A stretch of DNA of 64,000 bases from Macrostomum lignano. Lineage: Eukaryota. The translations under genes were made by a program, and so were the position numbers. Location: the NCBI GenBank assembly GCA_002269645.1, contig NIVC01000500.1, forward strand, positions 186,001-250,000. The letters are read 5' to 3'. This document shows positions 34,346 to 52,560 of the stretch, in pieces; within the stretch, counting starts at the first letter, position 1; every line of letters starts with the position of its first letter. Under the pieces are notes generated by a model. The model saw nothing but the letters and a program-made list of their open reading frames with translations, was not told the DNA's origin and made no database searches.

Positions 34346-37300
34346 TCAAACTGGCTTAGAAGAAAAGTCCATAGTTAGCAGATAAGCCGGTATAGCGTCG
34401 CTGTCGCCATTCAACGGCGTCATTGGCAACGTGGACGCCGAGGGGGCGGCATGGATCGGCGAAGAAGAGGAGGAACTTCCGGTGCCAAAAAAGCGTTGGA
34501 AACTGCAACAAATGACAGCAATATATTAGCGATGATAAAAATGCGGCAACACAACCTTCCTAACGAAGCATTATAAATGTAAAGTAAAAAAACTACTATA
34601 AAAGCAAGAAGGCCAATAAATACCGAATTTTTTTAAGAGTTACGTTCGTAGTTTATATTTATAATGATCTGTGACTACCTGTCCATTCAGGTCTTCTAGA
34701 AGCTGCCCTTCTACCCCCCCCCCCCAATCTCAGATAGAGCAGCCCTTCTACACTCCCTAACCTCAGGTAGAGCAGCCCTTCTACCCTCCCCTAATCTCAG
34801 GTAGAGCAGCCCTTCTACCCCTCTCTAATCTCAGGTAGAGCAGCCCTTCTACCCTCTAATCTCAGGTAGAGCAGCCCTTCTATCCCTCCCCAATCTCAGG
34901 TAGAGCAGCCCTTCTACCCTCCCCAATCTCAGGTAGAGCAGCCCTTCTACCCTCTAATCTCAGGTAGAGCAGCCCTTCTATCCCTCCCCAATCTCAGGTA
35001 GAGCAGCCCTTCTACCCTCCCCAATCTCAGGTAGAGCAGCCCTTCTACCCTCTAATCTCAGGTAGAGCAGCCCTTCTATCCCTCCCCAATCTCAGGTAGA
35101 GCAGCCCTTCTATCCCTCCCCAATCTCAGGTAGAGCAGCCCTTCTACCCTCCCCAATCTCAGGTAGAGCAGCCCTTCTACCCTCCCCAATCTCAGGTAGA
35201 GCAGCCCTTATACCCTCTAATCTCAGGTAGAGCAGCCCTTATACCCTCTAATCTCAGGTAGAGCAGCCCTTCTATCCCTAGTGACATAAAACAAGAGTGA
35301 TAATTACACTCGAATTCATCAATAAAATATACCAATCATTAAAAGACGGCGACTAACTACTGCTCACCTACTGAAATGCAACAGATATTTATTTATATTT
35401 ATAAAAATGGAAACTTTAAAAAGTGCATTCGGTATTAAAAAAGTAACAGTAAAAAATTATTAAGTTACTGGCAACAGTTAAAAATTGTTTCACACACAAT
35501 AGAAAGACTGGTCAACAAAGTGGAGTGCTAAAAATGCTAAGACTATAAAATCACACAACAAACAAGCGTGTAAAAATTTCACAACTAAAAAATTATTCGT
35601 CAAAAAAAGTACATAGCAAACTTAGGCCCAACTTCGGCGACGCCTTAATCTCCTGCGCAGGTGGCAAATCAGGCGCACTATTCTGCAATAAGAATTAGTT
35701 AATTGATAGTAATAATATTTACTAACTGATTCGATACATATCGGTATAGCGAAATCATGTACGAAAGTATTGGTCCGTATTGTTGATTTTTGAAACTCTA
35801 GTAGCGTAATAGTTATTGAAATCATATTTGTGATCGAATTAAAATAGATTTTCAATTTGGCCACTTTTAGAATATTTCGATACATATCGGCAAAAACTAA
35901 AATTAATTATATTTTATAATAATATAATAATATAATTATAATAATAAAAGATTATTTATAGCGTTTTTCGACACATATCGGCTAAAATTTAATAAATTGA
36001 TCAATAAATATTCCTCCAAACATTTTGGCTAAAAAGTATCATTTATACTCTTTTTCGATACATATCGGCTAAAATAAGAACGATCATTTATCAATTTAAC
36101 TAATTAAGACTGAAATACCGGTCAGAGAGAAGAGCTTTAGCATAGTGTGATGATAAGCATTAAAATTCGAACGGAAAGTTTTTCAAATAAAATTGCTCAT
36201 CATACTACTTAACACAATTTTGTATTAGCAAATAAATACTTACAAGTATTTAATGCCTAAATCGCTGCTGTTGCTCTTTTGATTAGAAGCATCTCCGTTT
36301 AAACCGCCGCCGTCATTTTTTTCGGCGCCCGACGCTTTGCAATCGCGTTGCGCAGGCGCCGGCGAGGCTTGAGTAGACGTTAAACCGACGCCGGGGTCCC
36401 CTCCTAGTAACGGAGCAGACGGTAAAGCTTGATAGAAACTTTGCGACGAAATCACTTCGAAACCGGATAGCGGCGTCGAATTCGATGGATCCTCCTCGAT
36501 AGAGGATGTCTGCCGTGCAGCGCCCTGGCGGTAAGCCTCTGCTAGTTCCTCTTCTGCTTCTAATAGGCGAGCTTTGAGTTCGTTTCGCTCGGCTAGGACG
36601 GCCCGAAGCTCGGCCAGGGTGAAACGAGGCCGGTTTGGATCGAGAGAGTTCGAAGATGCGTCTGAAACCTGCTGCTGCTGCTCCCACTGCTTCTGCTGCT
36701 GTTGTTGCTGCTGCTGCTGCTTCTGCTGCTGTTGTTGCTGAGGCTGCTGTGGCGAAAAAGACAGTTGGCTCAATGGGGAGGCCTGCAAAGTGTTCGTTAA
36801 GACTATCACATATTATATATAAATATGTATTTTATAGTATTTGCGGTTTTAGAGCATGAGTGAGATGGATGGATTGAAATATTAAAGAACAAAAAATGAA
36901 TGAAATTATAATTAGGGCAGCAAAGATCAAAGAATGAATGAGATTATAATTGGGGCAGCAAAGATCAAAGAATGAATGAGATTATAATTGGGGCAGCAAA
37001 GATCAAAGAATGAATGAGATTATAATTGGGGCAGCAAAGATCAAAGAATGAATGAGATTATAATTGGGGCAGCAAAGATCAAAGAATGAATGAGATTATA
37101 ATTGGGGCGGCAAAGATCAAAGAATGAATGAGATTATAATTAGGGCGGCAAAGATCAAAAGGCAAGTAGCGCAAGCGCACTCACAGCCATATCGGCATCT
37201 CCGCGATGCAGTTCAGGCTGACAGTCGCTGCTGTCAGAGTCGGATCGACCATCACAGAGTTTATCTTCCAAATCGCCCACGCCACCGCCGCCGCCGCCGT

Positions 37301-38248
37301 GCACAGACTTGCTAAGCCGCTTCATCAGATCGGCATTGAGGCTGGCTAGGCGGTCACTCTGAGCTTGCAGGGCCTCGCAGTCGGCCCGGCTGTTGGCCAG
37401 TTCGCGCCTCAGAATTCGAGTCTCGTCGCGCTGGGCGTTTAGCGCCGATTTCAGCCTGGCAACGATGAGCATCTGCTGCTGTTGTTGACGCTGCTGGACA
37501 GGCGATGAGGTTGCGGAACCGGCCGACTGCTCGGAGGCCGAGGATGAGTTCCCTCGGCGAGCTTCGCTTAGCGCCTGTTTGAGACTGCTGTTCTCTTCGC
37601 GAAGGTGCTGCAGCTCGCGGCGCCACTCCTGATCGGCCTGGGAGATGAGGAATATTCTCTTTGGGTGATTCAGAATGCCAGAATACCTGTCTGGGGATCT
37701 GGGAGGCTGGCCCAGCAACTGAGGATATGAGAGGCTGGCCCAGCAACTGAGCGATCTGGGAGGCTGGCCCAGCAACTGAGGATATGGGAGACTGGCCCAG
37801 CAACTGAGCGATCTGAGAGGCTGGCTCAGCAACTGAGGATCTGGGAGGCTGGCCCAGCAACTGGGGATCTGGGAGGCTCGCCCAGCAATTGAGGATTTGG
37901 GAGGCTGGCCCAGCAACTGGGGATCATGCACTTAGTGTGTAAACGCCGAGAGAAGACACTCACCTGCTCCATTTCCCTCTCAAAGCGGCCCCTATCAGTG
38001 AGGCGGGCAGCCCTCTCCAGCTCCAGCTTATCAATGCGCTGCTGCAATAGCACTGCCTCATCAGCCGCAGCCTCAGCCCTACTAGTGAGCAATTCCAGAT
38101 TCTCCAGAGCTGAAATCACTTTAGGCATCAGGCCTGACAAGGATTCTGGCCCATGCTGATCAATGAGTATTTCAAACTCTTTGCCAATGACTGACGCCAA
38201 GTCATAGACATCAGTGATTGATTGGATATTAGGCTTGGATAGTGGCAT
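34346..38248 (-). CDS. RILPL1: RILP-like protein (RH1 and RH2 domains), ~477 aa
   Basis: Exons 38248-37964, 37637-37185, 36782-36244 and 34502-34346 (phases 0, 0, 2). RH1: DVYDLASVIGKEFEILIDQHG...LMPKVISALENLE. RH2: DPNRPRFTLAELRAVLAERNELKARLLEAEEEL. The paralog assignment (RILPL1 versus RILPL2/RILP) is uncertain. Confidence 0.87.
34700..35280. repeat. 29-32-bp minisatellite (RILPL intron 3)
   Basis: AATCTCAGGTAGAGCAGCCCTTCTACCCTCCCC variants. Confidence 0.95.
36895..37160. repeat. 38-bp minisatellite (RILPL intron 2)
   Basis: AAAGATCAAAGAATGAATGAGATTATAATTGGGGCAGC. Confidence 0.95.
37690..37925. repeat. 28-29-bp minisatellite (RILPL intron 1)
   Basis: GAGGATCTGGGAGGCTGGCCCAGCAACT, about 8 copies. 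Confidence 0.93.
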
Positions 38249-39181
38249 TGTAATCTGTAAATTTTTAAAACTTTACAGAAAAAAACAGTTAAGTCTTTTA
38301 TTGAGGCTAGTGGAAAACTTTGCTAGATAAATGATCAATATAATGAATAAAATTCAAGCAAAGATTAATCAATATAGATATTCAGTAAATACTAGTAAAC
38401 TCTCTATAAACTAGCTTAACACTAAACACTTGATACTAATCTTCCTAAACACAATTTTTTTTAGATTTTTAATAACCCATCTGTTGATCATCTATTAAAC
38501 AATGGAAAAAAACATCATCCATTTAAAAAAATTTTGCCACCTATTAAAATATGCTGATTGGAAAATAGCTAAAATTGAAATTGTCTTTCTATTTTAATGT
38601 AGAAATATAATGGGTAGCCATATTTTTTAAAATATTGTTGTGTTAGACAATATAAACATACAAAAATGGTATCTCACTATAATTTTTATGACTTGCAAAC
38701 ATTATTTTTATTATGAAAATAAGCTTCACAATGTATAACTAAATTTTTTTTCAAAAAGTCTTGTCTGCCAATAGAAAAAAAGCAGTAGATAATTTGACTA
38801 TATTTTAGTCTAACAAATAAAATTTCTAACAATGTTTTTAACAAATGAAAAAAGTAAGACAATTATTGCTATTGCCATATTAAATTTTTGTTAATGATAA
38901 TAATTTTATAAGTAACATTTATTAAGCACTATGCGATATATTTACTTTAAGTTTAATATAAAACTAGACTAAGAAATAGCCAAGTTTAAGCATAGGCCTA
39001 CTTGAATAGGTAGACCCTTAACAACTCACATTTGAACTCACATTTGTTCATGGGCAAAATTTACCTGGTCCTATTGTCTATAGATGGCAAATATTGGTAA
39101 GAAAAAGCTTAGCATACAAATCTCAATCAATAGGCAAATCTGAGACTCAATAGGGCCTAGGCAATACAATATATTTGTAGG

Positions 39182-39377
39182 CAGTGGCGCAACCAGGGGG
39201 GGGGGCGGGGGGGGAGGGCAGTCGCCTCCCCTTAGGCAGAGACCCAAAAAAATCGAAGGGGGGACCAAGCAAATTTTCGCCAAAAACAGAGCCACCTCTC
39301 CGCCCCCCCCTCCCGCCTCCCGGGACTTTACCTTCCAGAATCCGCCCCCCCTCAAAAAATTTCTGGTTGTGCTACCG
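39182..39377. mobile_element. hAT-type MITE, 196 bp
   Basis: 8-bp TSD TTTGTAGG at 39174-39181 and 39378-39385. Imperfect TIRs CAGTGGCGCAACCAG / CTGGTTGTGCTACCG. GC-rich island in AT-rich DNA. Confidence 0.8.
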
Positions 39378-40293
39378 TTTGTAGGCAATTCTCATGCTCT
39401 TGCTTATTGTTATATATAGCACAAAATTTTGCTTTTAGTTTTGGTAACAAATAATAAATTAATACTTAGTAACTTAGTCTTAATTAATGTCAATGAATTG
39501 TTATTACACAGTTAAGTAGATTGTTATGTTATGATTTATGAATATGGATATTCTTGCTTAGCCTTTTAAAACAAAACATAATACTAAAAACTAGGCCAAT
39601 ATAGATACTAGGCTTAGTCATTTTGTTAATAATAACTTTATTAAATAACATAGGCATAGGCCTATAATTATTATTTATTACCCATGAACCCAACAGGCAA
39701 CATACATCATATGCCCATACATTTGCTTTGGACTCCAATTACAGCATGAAATCATTTTGGTTGGGGGTATTCATTGTAGCATGGAGATATGCAGCAAGGC
39801 ATAGGCGCATAGTGTAAGCCCTAGTGTAGTAGTAGTAGTATAAAGCTCAGTCTCATAATAGTATCGCCTATATAACCGTAACACACGGTAACTACGAGAG
39901 AAACGTCAGCAGGCTTTGCACACCGGCTTGATTTAAATATGTAAAAAGTTTCTAAGTAAAACAAAGTGTTGTCTCTTCAAAAAAACATTTCTTGAAAATA
40001 GACTAAGTGTATGCATTCGCGTTTATATAAAGTTGATGAAACAAAGGAAAAGAATCAGTTTTACGATACTATATATGATCTGGTAAATAACTTATTTTCA
40101 GTTTATTAAAATGAATTTCTTTTTGCATTCTTGTCATCCTGCTCGTAAATATAGAAAATGGAGAAGTGATTCACTATTTCACTTATTCAGGTGAATGTGT
40201 TAAAAGCCTGGTTAAAGATTAAAATTATTTTTTTATTACAACTAGAAATATTTTAGAAATTTAACTTTTTAGAAATATACTTAAAGCTGTTTC

Positions 40294-40482
40294 CATGGGC
40301 GGCGGGAGCTTGCGGCACCGGGGGCACGTGCCCCCCTCCCCCCCAGAAAATGAGTCCACGTGGTAACTTTTAGTGCTTTTTCTTATTTTAGGCTCTGATT
40401 AGCAGCTTATAAAGGTACCTGTGCCCCATTGCCCTGTGCCCGGTGCCCCCCCCCCCTAAAATATTAGGCTCCGCCGTCCCTG
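40294..40482. mobile_element. hAT-type MITE, 189 bp
   Basis: 8-bp TSD GCTGTTTC at 40286-40293 and 40483-40490. Imperfect TIRs CATGGGCGGCGG / CCGCCGTCCCTG. Confidence 0.78.
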
Positions 40483-40904
40483 GCTGTTTCAAAAAGCAGA
40501 CTTCGTGATTAGAATCGTTGGAAATTCCTAATCCGTTTGTATTGTTACTGAAAACATGGCTATATTGTGATATTTTTTTTCTGAAAAGAAACCTTTCAAA
40601 ACTATATTACTAAGTACTAAATATATGCGTTTCTGATACTTTGAACTTTGAGCTAAAATACTTAATGCACTTATACATAGCTTTAAGAAAAGCATAAGAA
40701 AATATCAAATAATTGTTTAACAAATTTTAAATCAGTTTCTTGATTGCAGATTGAAAATGTCTGACATAAAGCTGAAATAATCCTAGAAAAGTTTTTCTTA
40801 TTTAGGCCAGCCAATCAATTTCATTGTGTTCTTTAATGGCGTTAAATTTTAATTACAGCATTAAATTAAAGCTTCTATGCTCTAACTGTTTTCAGCAACA
40901 CCGC

Positions 40905-45823
<4,919 letters not shown>

Positions 45824-46909
45824 GGAGTTTGACAGACAATTATTAAGGACAGAGATGAAACCTAATATAATACAGAAAGTTTACATGCATGCATAAGGTG
45901 GAATGCGAGCCTGAATCTAGCTTGTATTTTCACTCCTGTTTGACTTTAACGATATGTATAATACTTTCTGTTTGTTCATGGCCTTTGTTTTCGATCCAAG
46001 GACTATACTCAACTAGAAGGACGTGAAACCTCGTTTCTTGGGATATAGGAAGTTTTCATTTTTATCAACACAAAAACTGCATGTTTTTTCTTTCGATAGG
46101 AGGCCGACCCAAAGTTCATCTTTTGATATTTTGTGACTTTTCTATAGCTCTATTAGTATTCAGTAAGCTTTACTAATAACTAATAACCAATGGCACGGCT
46201 CAGTTCATTGGTTTTATTAATATATTTTTTCATTCTTACCTGACTGTGTCAGAGAGTCATGATAATATAAATAGAATAAAAAATGAATATAAAGTCATTA
46301 ATATCAATAGAGCTCAAAAAGACACATAAAAGATAAACATTCGCTCTGCCTCCTATCGAAAGCAATAACAATTTATGTGCTGAAAAAATGATAACTTCTT
46401 ATCTCCGTAGTGTATTTTTTGATCGGAAAAATTAGCCTTCTAACTTTTTCCAAGAAACGAGGTTTTGAGTTGTCCCGTGGTGGTAATTCCACCTGACACA
46501 TCATGAAAAAGTTTGCAACTACTTTTAAGTAATACATATATGTGTAACGCACAAAACGTACAGTGCAAATCAACTTAAATACTAACTTTACTAATTTTAA
46601 ATAATGCAGTTTATTTAAACCTAATATCAGTCGTATAAAAATTCACAAAATATAATTGTTCGCGTTCACAGCTCAAAATGTGACTTTTGAATGTAAAAAT
46701 ATTGTCACTTTCTATGTAATAAATTCTTAATTGATCTTTGTTAAATTTGAGCAATACTCGTCAAACCTTATCACCTGCAGTACACTGGTGTACTTTTAAT
46801 TCAACAGCTTTCAAAAGTGCCGTACCTGTGTGCAAAAATGCTTGAGCATGTACTTGTAGTTAATGTTAAGTGAAATCGGCACTACGAGCATATTTGACGA
46901 ATAATCTAT

Positions 46910-47960
46910 CAACCCTCACCTGATAATCCATCACCATCTCACCTGATAATCCATCACCCTCACCTGATAATCCATTACCCTCACCTGATAATCCATCACC
47001 ATCTCACCTGATAATCCATCACCCTCACCTGATAATCCATCACCATCTCACCTGATAATCCATCACCATCTCACCTGATAATCCATCACCATCTCACCTG
47101 ATAATCCATCACCATCTCACCTGATAATCCATCACCCTCACCTGATAATCCATCACCCTCACCTGATAATCCATCACCCTCACCTGATAATCCATTACCC
47201 TCACCTGATAATCCATCACCATCTCACCTGATAATCCATCACCCTCACCTGATAATCCATCACCATCTCACCTGATAATCCATCACCATCTCACCTGATA
47301 ATCCATCACCATCTCACCTGATAATCCATCACCATCTCACCTGATAATCCATCACCCTCACCTGATAATCCATCACCCTCACCTGATAATCCATCACCCT
47401 CACCTGATAATCCATTACCCTCACCTGATAATCCATCACCATCTCACCTGATAATCCATCACCCTCACCTGATAATCCATCACCATCTCACCTGATAATC
47501 CATCACCATCTCACCTGATAATCCATCACCCTCACCTGATAATCCATCACCCTCACCTGATAATCCATCACCCTCACCTGATAATCCATCACCCTCACCT
47601 GATAATCCATTACCCTCACCTGATAATCCATCACCCTCACCTGATAATCCATCACCCTCACCTGATAATCCATCACCCTCACCTGATAATCCATTACCCT
47701 CACCTGATAATCCATCACCATCTCACCTGATAATCCATCACCCTCACCTGATAATCCATCACCCTCACATGATAATCCATCACCATCTCACCTGATAATC
47801 CATCACCCTCACCTGATAATCCATCACCCTCACCTGATAATCCATCACCCTCACCTGATAATCCATTACCCTCACCTGATAATCCATCACCCTCACTTGA
47901 TAATACATTACCCTCACTTGATAATACATTACCCTCACTTGATAATCCATCACCCTTATC
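46910..47960. repeat. 18-19-bp minisatellite with a 220-bp higher-order period
   Basis: CTCACCTGATAATCCATCAC(C/CAT); the variant TCCATTACCC recurs at 46971, 47191 and 47411. Confidence 0.95.
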
Positions 47961-48372
47961 TGATTTCTACGCTTTAAAAAACGCATAGCGCTGAAAGAGT
48001 CCTAGCTATTTCCGGAGAGCATACTCTCGCCGACGCCTTCAGCAATTTTTTGATCCCCTGCAAGCTGAAAAGGCCAAAAAATTCAGTGAATAACAGAAAT
48101 AATGCATAGAACAAAAGTTTACATAGACACACCTTGCAATAGATAGTTCAAAAATATATATTTTAGCCTTCAATTGTGTCAAGCCACAAAACCTATCGAA
48201 TTTATAAAACAAAAAAACGGCTATTTCAATAGTCTATGAGCTGATAATTTATACAAAATCTATCAAAGAAGCCAACTTTGATGCTAATTTATATCGGTTT
48301 ATAACAGCGAACAAACATAATTATCAACTTTCAAGGCTGTAAACAATCCAGGTAATCAAAGGCGTGCTTCAT

Positions 48373-51300
48373 TCACGACTGGTCGTCTTTGCTCACAACC
48401 TGAGCAGCATCGGCCATCACCTGATCAAGGAGGCCCTCGGCAACGCTGGCGGCCCTATCCGAGGTGAACGTCAACTCGCGCGGGTCGCCGCCGCGCGTGT
48501 TGCGCGCTAATTCTTGCGCGATTGCGTCAATTCGCGCCGAATCATTGTCGCCGGCTTTTGAAGACGAAGAGCCCTCGAGATCGCTGGAATTGCGGCTGCC
48601 CAGATGTTCGCTGGCTCTGCATAGGCGGGTTGGTTTTTATTGACTCGTTTTATTGTTGGGCCTCACTCAGTGTCCTTTAGCTGAGCATCCATCCACCTCA
48701 CTCCGCGCTTACCACAGCCAATCCGGTTGATTCTTTTCATCGATATTTCTCTCCCAAAGCATCCACCTCACTCCACGATTACTACAGCCAATCCGGTTGA
48801 TTCTTTTCATCCATATTTCTCTCCCAGAGCATCCACCTCACTCCACGCTTACTACAGCCAATCCGGTTGATTCTTTTTATCGATATTTCTCTCATAGAGC
48901 ATTTACCTCACTCCACGCTAACCCCCAGTCAATACGGTTGTTTCTTTACATCGATATTTCTCTCCCAGAGCATCCACCTCACTCCAAGAGTACTGCAGTT
49001 AGGCATTCACTCACCTATCAAGCGCTCGTCGCACCAATCGAACAGCCAGTTGATGCACAGCGCTATTGTACACAGCCTGACTCAGAGACTGCTCAACTAG
49101 CCGCTCTGATAGGGCCATGAGCTCCTTCTCAATGCCTTCGTAAGTGTCCTCAGAGGCGATCATGTGCTGCGCCAGCTGATGTGTGGCATCAGACGATCCG
49201 CCAGCAGGCTTCGTCTGCTTCTGCCGACTGCCCGAGTCGTCTAGCAGTCTCAGCGGCTGCTGCTGGGCCAGCGGCCGTCTAGAAGCTCCGCTGACGCCGC
49301 CGCTGCCGCCTGCTGGCACCTTCGGCCGGCCAACAACGCGACCAGCCGAGCCGGGGAAGTGCCGAACTCGAGGCACGCGGGACGAAGCGCTGAACAGCTG
49401 GCGGAGGGCCTGGTTGTCGTTGTCCCAGGAGTCGCAGCCTTGCGCAGAGAGATTGTTAAGTAATTATTAGTTTCTTAGTCAGTTATTATTATCACACCAT
49501 GTGTGATTATTAGAGTTCACACCCTCCCATGTGTGACTATTAGAGTTCACACCCTCCCATGTGTGATTATTAGAGTTCACACCCTCCCATGTGTGATTAT
49601 TAGAGTTCATACCCTCCCATGTGTGACTATTAGAGTTCACACCCTCCCATGTGTGATTATTAGAGTTCATACCCTCCCATGTGTGATTATTAGAGTTAAC
49701 ACCCTCCCATGTGTGCTTATTAAAGTTCACACCCTCCCCATCTGTGATTATTAGAGTTCACACCCTTCCTATGTGTGATTATTAGAGTTCATACCCTCCC
49801 ATGTGTGATTATTAGAGTTCATACCCTCCCATGTGTGACTATTAGAGTTCACACCCTCCCATGTGTGATTATTAGAGTTCATACCCTCCCATGTGTGACT
49901 ATTAGAGTTCATACCCTCCCATGTGTGATTATTAGAGTTCATACCCTCCCATGTGTGATTATTAGAGTTCATACCCTCCCATGTGTGATTATTAGAGTTA
50001 ACACCCTCCCCATGTGTGATTATTAGAGTTCACACCCTTCCCATGTGTGATTATTAGAGTTCATACCCTCCCATGTGTGATTATTAGAGTTCACACCCTC
50101 CCATGTGTGATTATTAGAGTTCACACCCTCCCATGTGTGATTATTAGAGTTCATACCCTCCCATGTGTGATTATTAGAGTTCATACCCTCCCATGTGTGA
50201 TTATTAGAGTTCATACCCTCCCATTTGTGACTATTAGAGTTCACACCCTCCCCATCTGTGATTATTAGAGTTCACACCCTCCCATGTGCGATTATTAGAG
50301 TTCACACCCTCCCATATGTGATTATTAGAGTTGCAAATCGTGTTAAAGACATTATGAAATTTTCTCAAGAGTCTGACCTAATGTATGTAAATCTACTTGT
50401 TGTAAAATTAAAGAAATCATGCGATTTAGACACTCTACATTTGTACTATGTGTAGTTATTAAAAAGTTAGGCCTTCAGAAAAAACATGTCAACCTCAATT
50501 ATTCAAGGCCTTTGTAAAGTTGTAACCGATTTTTTTATGAGTAAAGGTAAAAAGCTTTTTTCCAAGCTAATTAAATTAGATAACAGACTGCGTCGCAATT
50601 TTACCTGTGTATGAGTACTTACCGAGTTTTCGACGATTCTCAAAATATCTCAGCATTACCTCGTTGACATTGAGCTGAAATTGTTAATTTGGTAAACAGG
50701 GTATTGTGCAATACCTACTATGTATTACAATGTGAATGGAATATAGTTGAAAAAATGAATAATCTTCGGAGTATTGTTAAATACGATAGCATAGAACGAG
50801 AATTGGCTAGAATTGGGTAGATTTGGGTGGAATCGGGTAGAATTGGGTGGAATCGGGTAGAATCGGGTAGAATTGGGTAGAATTGGATAGAATCGGATAG
50901 AATTAGGTAAAATCGAGTAGAATTGGTTAGAATCGGGTAGAATCGGGTAGAATTGGGTAGAATCGGGTAAAATTAGGTAGAATCGGGTAGAATCGGGTAG
51001 AATTGGGTAGAATCGGATAAAATTAGGTAGAATCGGGTAGAATTTGGTAGAATCGGGTAGAGTTGGGTAGATTCGGAAAGAATCGGGTAGAATTGGGTAG
51101 AATCGGGTATAAACGGGTAGAACCGGCTATAAACGGATAGAATTGGGTAGAATTGGGTAAAATCAGGTAGAAATCGGGTAGAATTGGGTAGACTCGGGTA
51201 TACGCTCGTAATTGGATAGAATTGGGTAGAATCGGGTAGAATCGGGTAGAATTGGGTAGAATCGGATAGAATTAGGTAAAATCAAGTAGAATTGGGTAGA

Positions 51301-51555
51301 ATCGGGTAGAATTGGGTAGAATTGGGTAGACTAGGGTAGAATTGGGTAGACTAGGGTAGAATTGGTTAGAATCGGGCAGAATCGGGTAGAATCGGGTAGA
51401 ATTGTATTGAATAGATCGATAGGGTGCAATCTGCATCCCAAACTTACCTTTCCAACATCGCCAGCCTGCACGAGAATCAGTTCGTCTAACAATTCGGCCT
51501 TATCCTCAGTTCCCTCGTCGTCCCACTGCTCTATGAAGGTTTGGGATTCTGACAT
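48373..51555 (-). CDS. Hypothetical protein, ~275 aa, with candidate PKA-anchoring amphipathic helices
   Basis: Exons 51555-51448, 50674-50623, 49438-49015 and 48616-48373 join into one open frame (phases 0, 1, 2). Donors are strong (GTAAGT/GTGAGT) and exons are GC-rich between satellite-filled introns. I do not recognise the family; the acceptor at 49439 (AAG) is weak. Confidence 0.65.
48680..48990. repeat. ~74-bp tandem repeat (intron of the hypothetical gene)
   Basis: AGCATCCACCTCACTCC...CAGCCAATCCGGTTGATTCTTTTCATCGATATTTCTCTCCC, about 4 copies. Confidence 0.88.
49495..50330. repeat. 30-bp minisatellite
   Basis: ATGTGTGATTATTAGAGTTCACACCCTCCC. Confidence 0.95.
50805..51400. repeat. 10-bp minisatellite
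   Basis: GAAT(T/C)GGGTA variants. Confidence 0.93.
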
Positions 51556-51711
51556 AGTAGCTAAATGCTTGCTTTCAGACACTTGTCTTGGGAATTTAGT
51601 TTTCTATGGTATTTTAGAATTCTTAGAGGTTTAAACGTAGATTACTGCGAAGCTCTATCTATCTATATGAATCTAGTGCTAAATGGAGGGGGTGGCTATA
51701 GCGGCATATTT

Positions 51712-51725
51712 GTTGCCATGACAAC
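51712..51725. promoter_or_regulatory. RFX X-box 157 bp upstream of the hypothetical gene's start codon
   Basis: GTTGCCATGACAAC has one mismatch to the palindromic consensus and sits in a promoter-proximal position. Confidence 0.55.
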
Positions 51726-52249
51726 TAGTCATATACGCTTCTCCCTTCTCTTCTCTACGTACTGCAAGTGTACGGTCAGTTTTAAAATCTACAATGTACA
51801 GTGTATTGTACTGCTGTACGCCTTTAGGTTACTGTACAAGACCAGAATGCAGACACTAAGCCTCTCTCTGTCTCTTTGTATGCTCTGTTCCACGTAAAAA
51901 TACTTAGAATTGAAAATGTCTATTAAGACAGAAAATAATCTTTTAAGTGATGTGACAACAGCTTTTTTGCTGCACATGTTAACCGCTAATTTTAAAAGTA
52001 GCTATATGTTCCAAATGTTGAGAGCGAGACTAAAGTTATCAAGCAAGAGATGTGATTCTAACCTTGAAAACAGACGAATCCATCCAGCTCTTTCAAAATC
52101 AGGTTTCCGACTAGAAGGACCTAGAGCTGACCTACCAACCACATTTGAGCTCTGTCTCAATTCTAGAAGTCACAGCAGCCGATAAAAATGACGCTCCTTG
52201 GGATTGGACTGGATCGCAGTAGACCATGCTGGGACAGAGCTGGAGGATT

Positions 52250-52560
52250 TTTCAGCAGGGGTTTCTTCCAAGGTGAGACTACAGAATTGGATAATATGTT
52301 ACTACATGCATGTCTGCCCTCGCTTTTGCCGACGAAATTGCCCTACCTGGTGTGCGGAGGACCCTTCTCGGCCGCTCAATCTAGCCTCAACAGAATCTGG
52401 GAGGAAGGCGCCAGAGTCCAGCCTCGAAGTGAACACCCGCAAGACCGAGGTGCTTCACACGTCAAAACAAACGGCAACGAAATTTCTTCCTGCTCGGATT
52501 TCCGATACCTCGGCTCGCTGGTGGTCTCTCCGGACGATGATATCATCACCGACCGCCTGG
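52250..52560 (+). mobile_element. Degenerate RTE-like RT fragment
   Basis: Split across frames: LEVNTRKTEVLH and CSDFRYLGSLV match RT motifs that follow YADD in RTE/L2-type LINEs. Confidence 0.55.

Noticed and set aside
46026-46466. 16-bp inverted match AAACCTCGTTTCTTGG suggesting a MITE
   Set aside because: The similarity does not extend to clear termini and I found no TSD.
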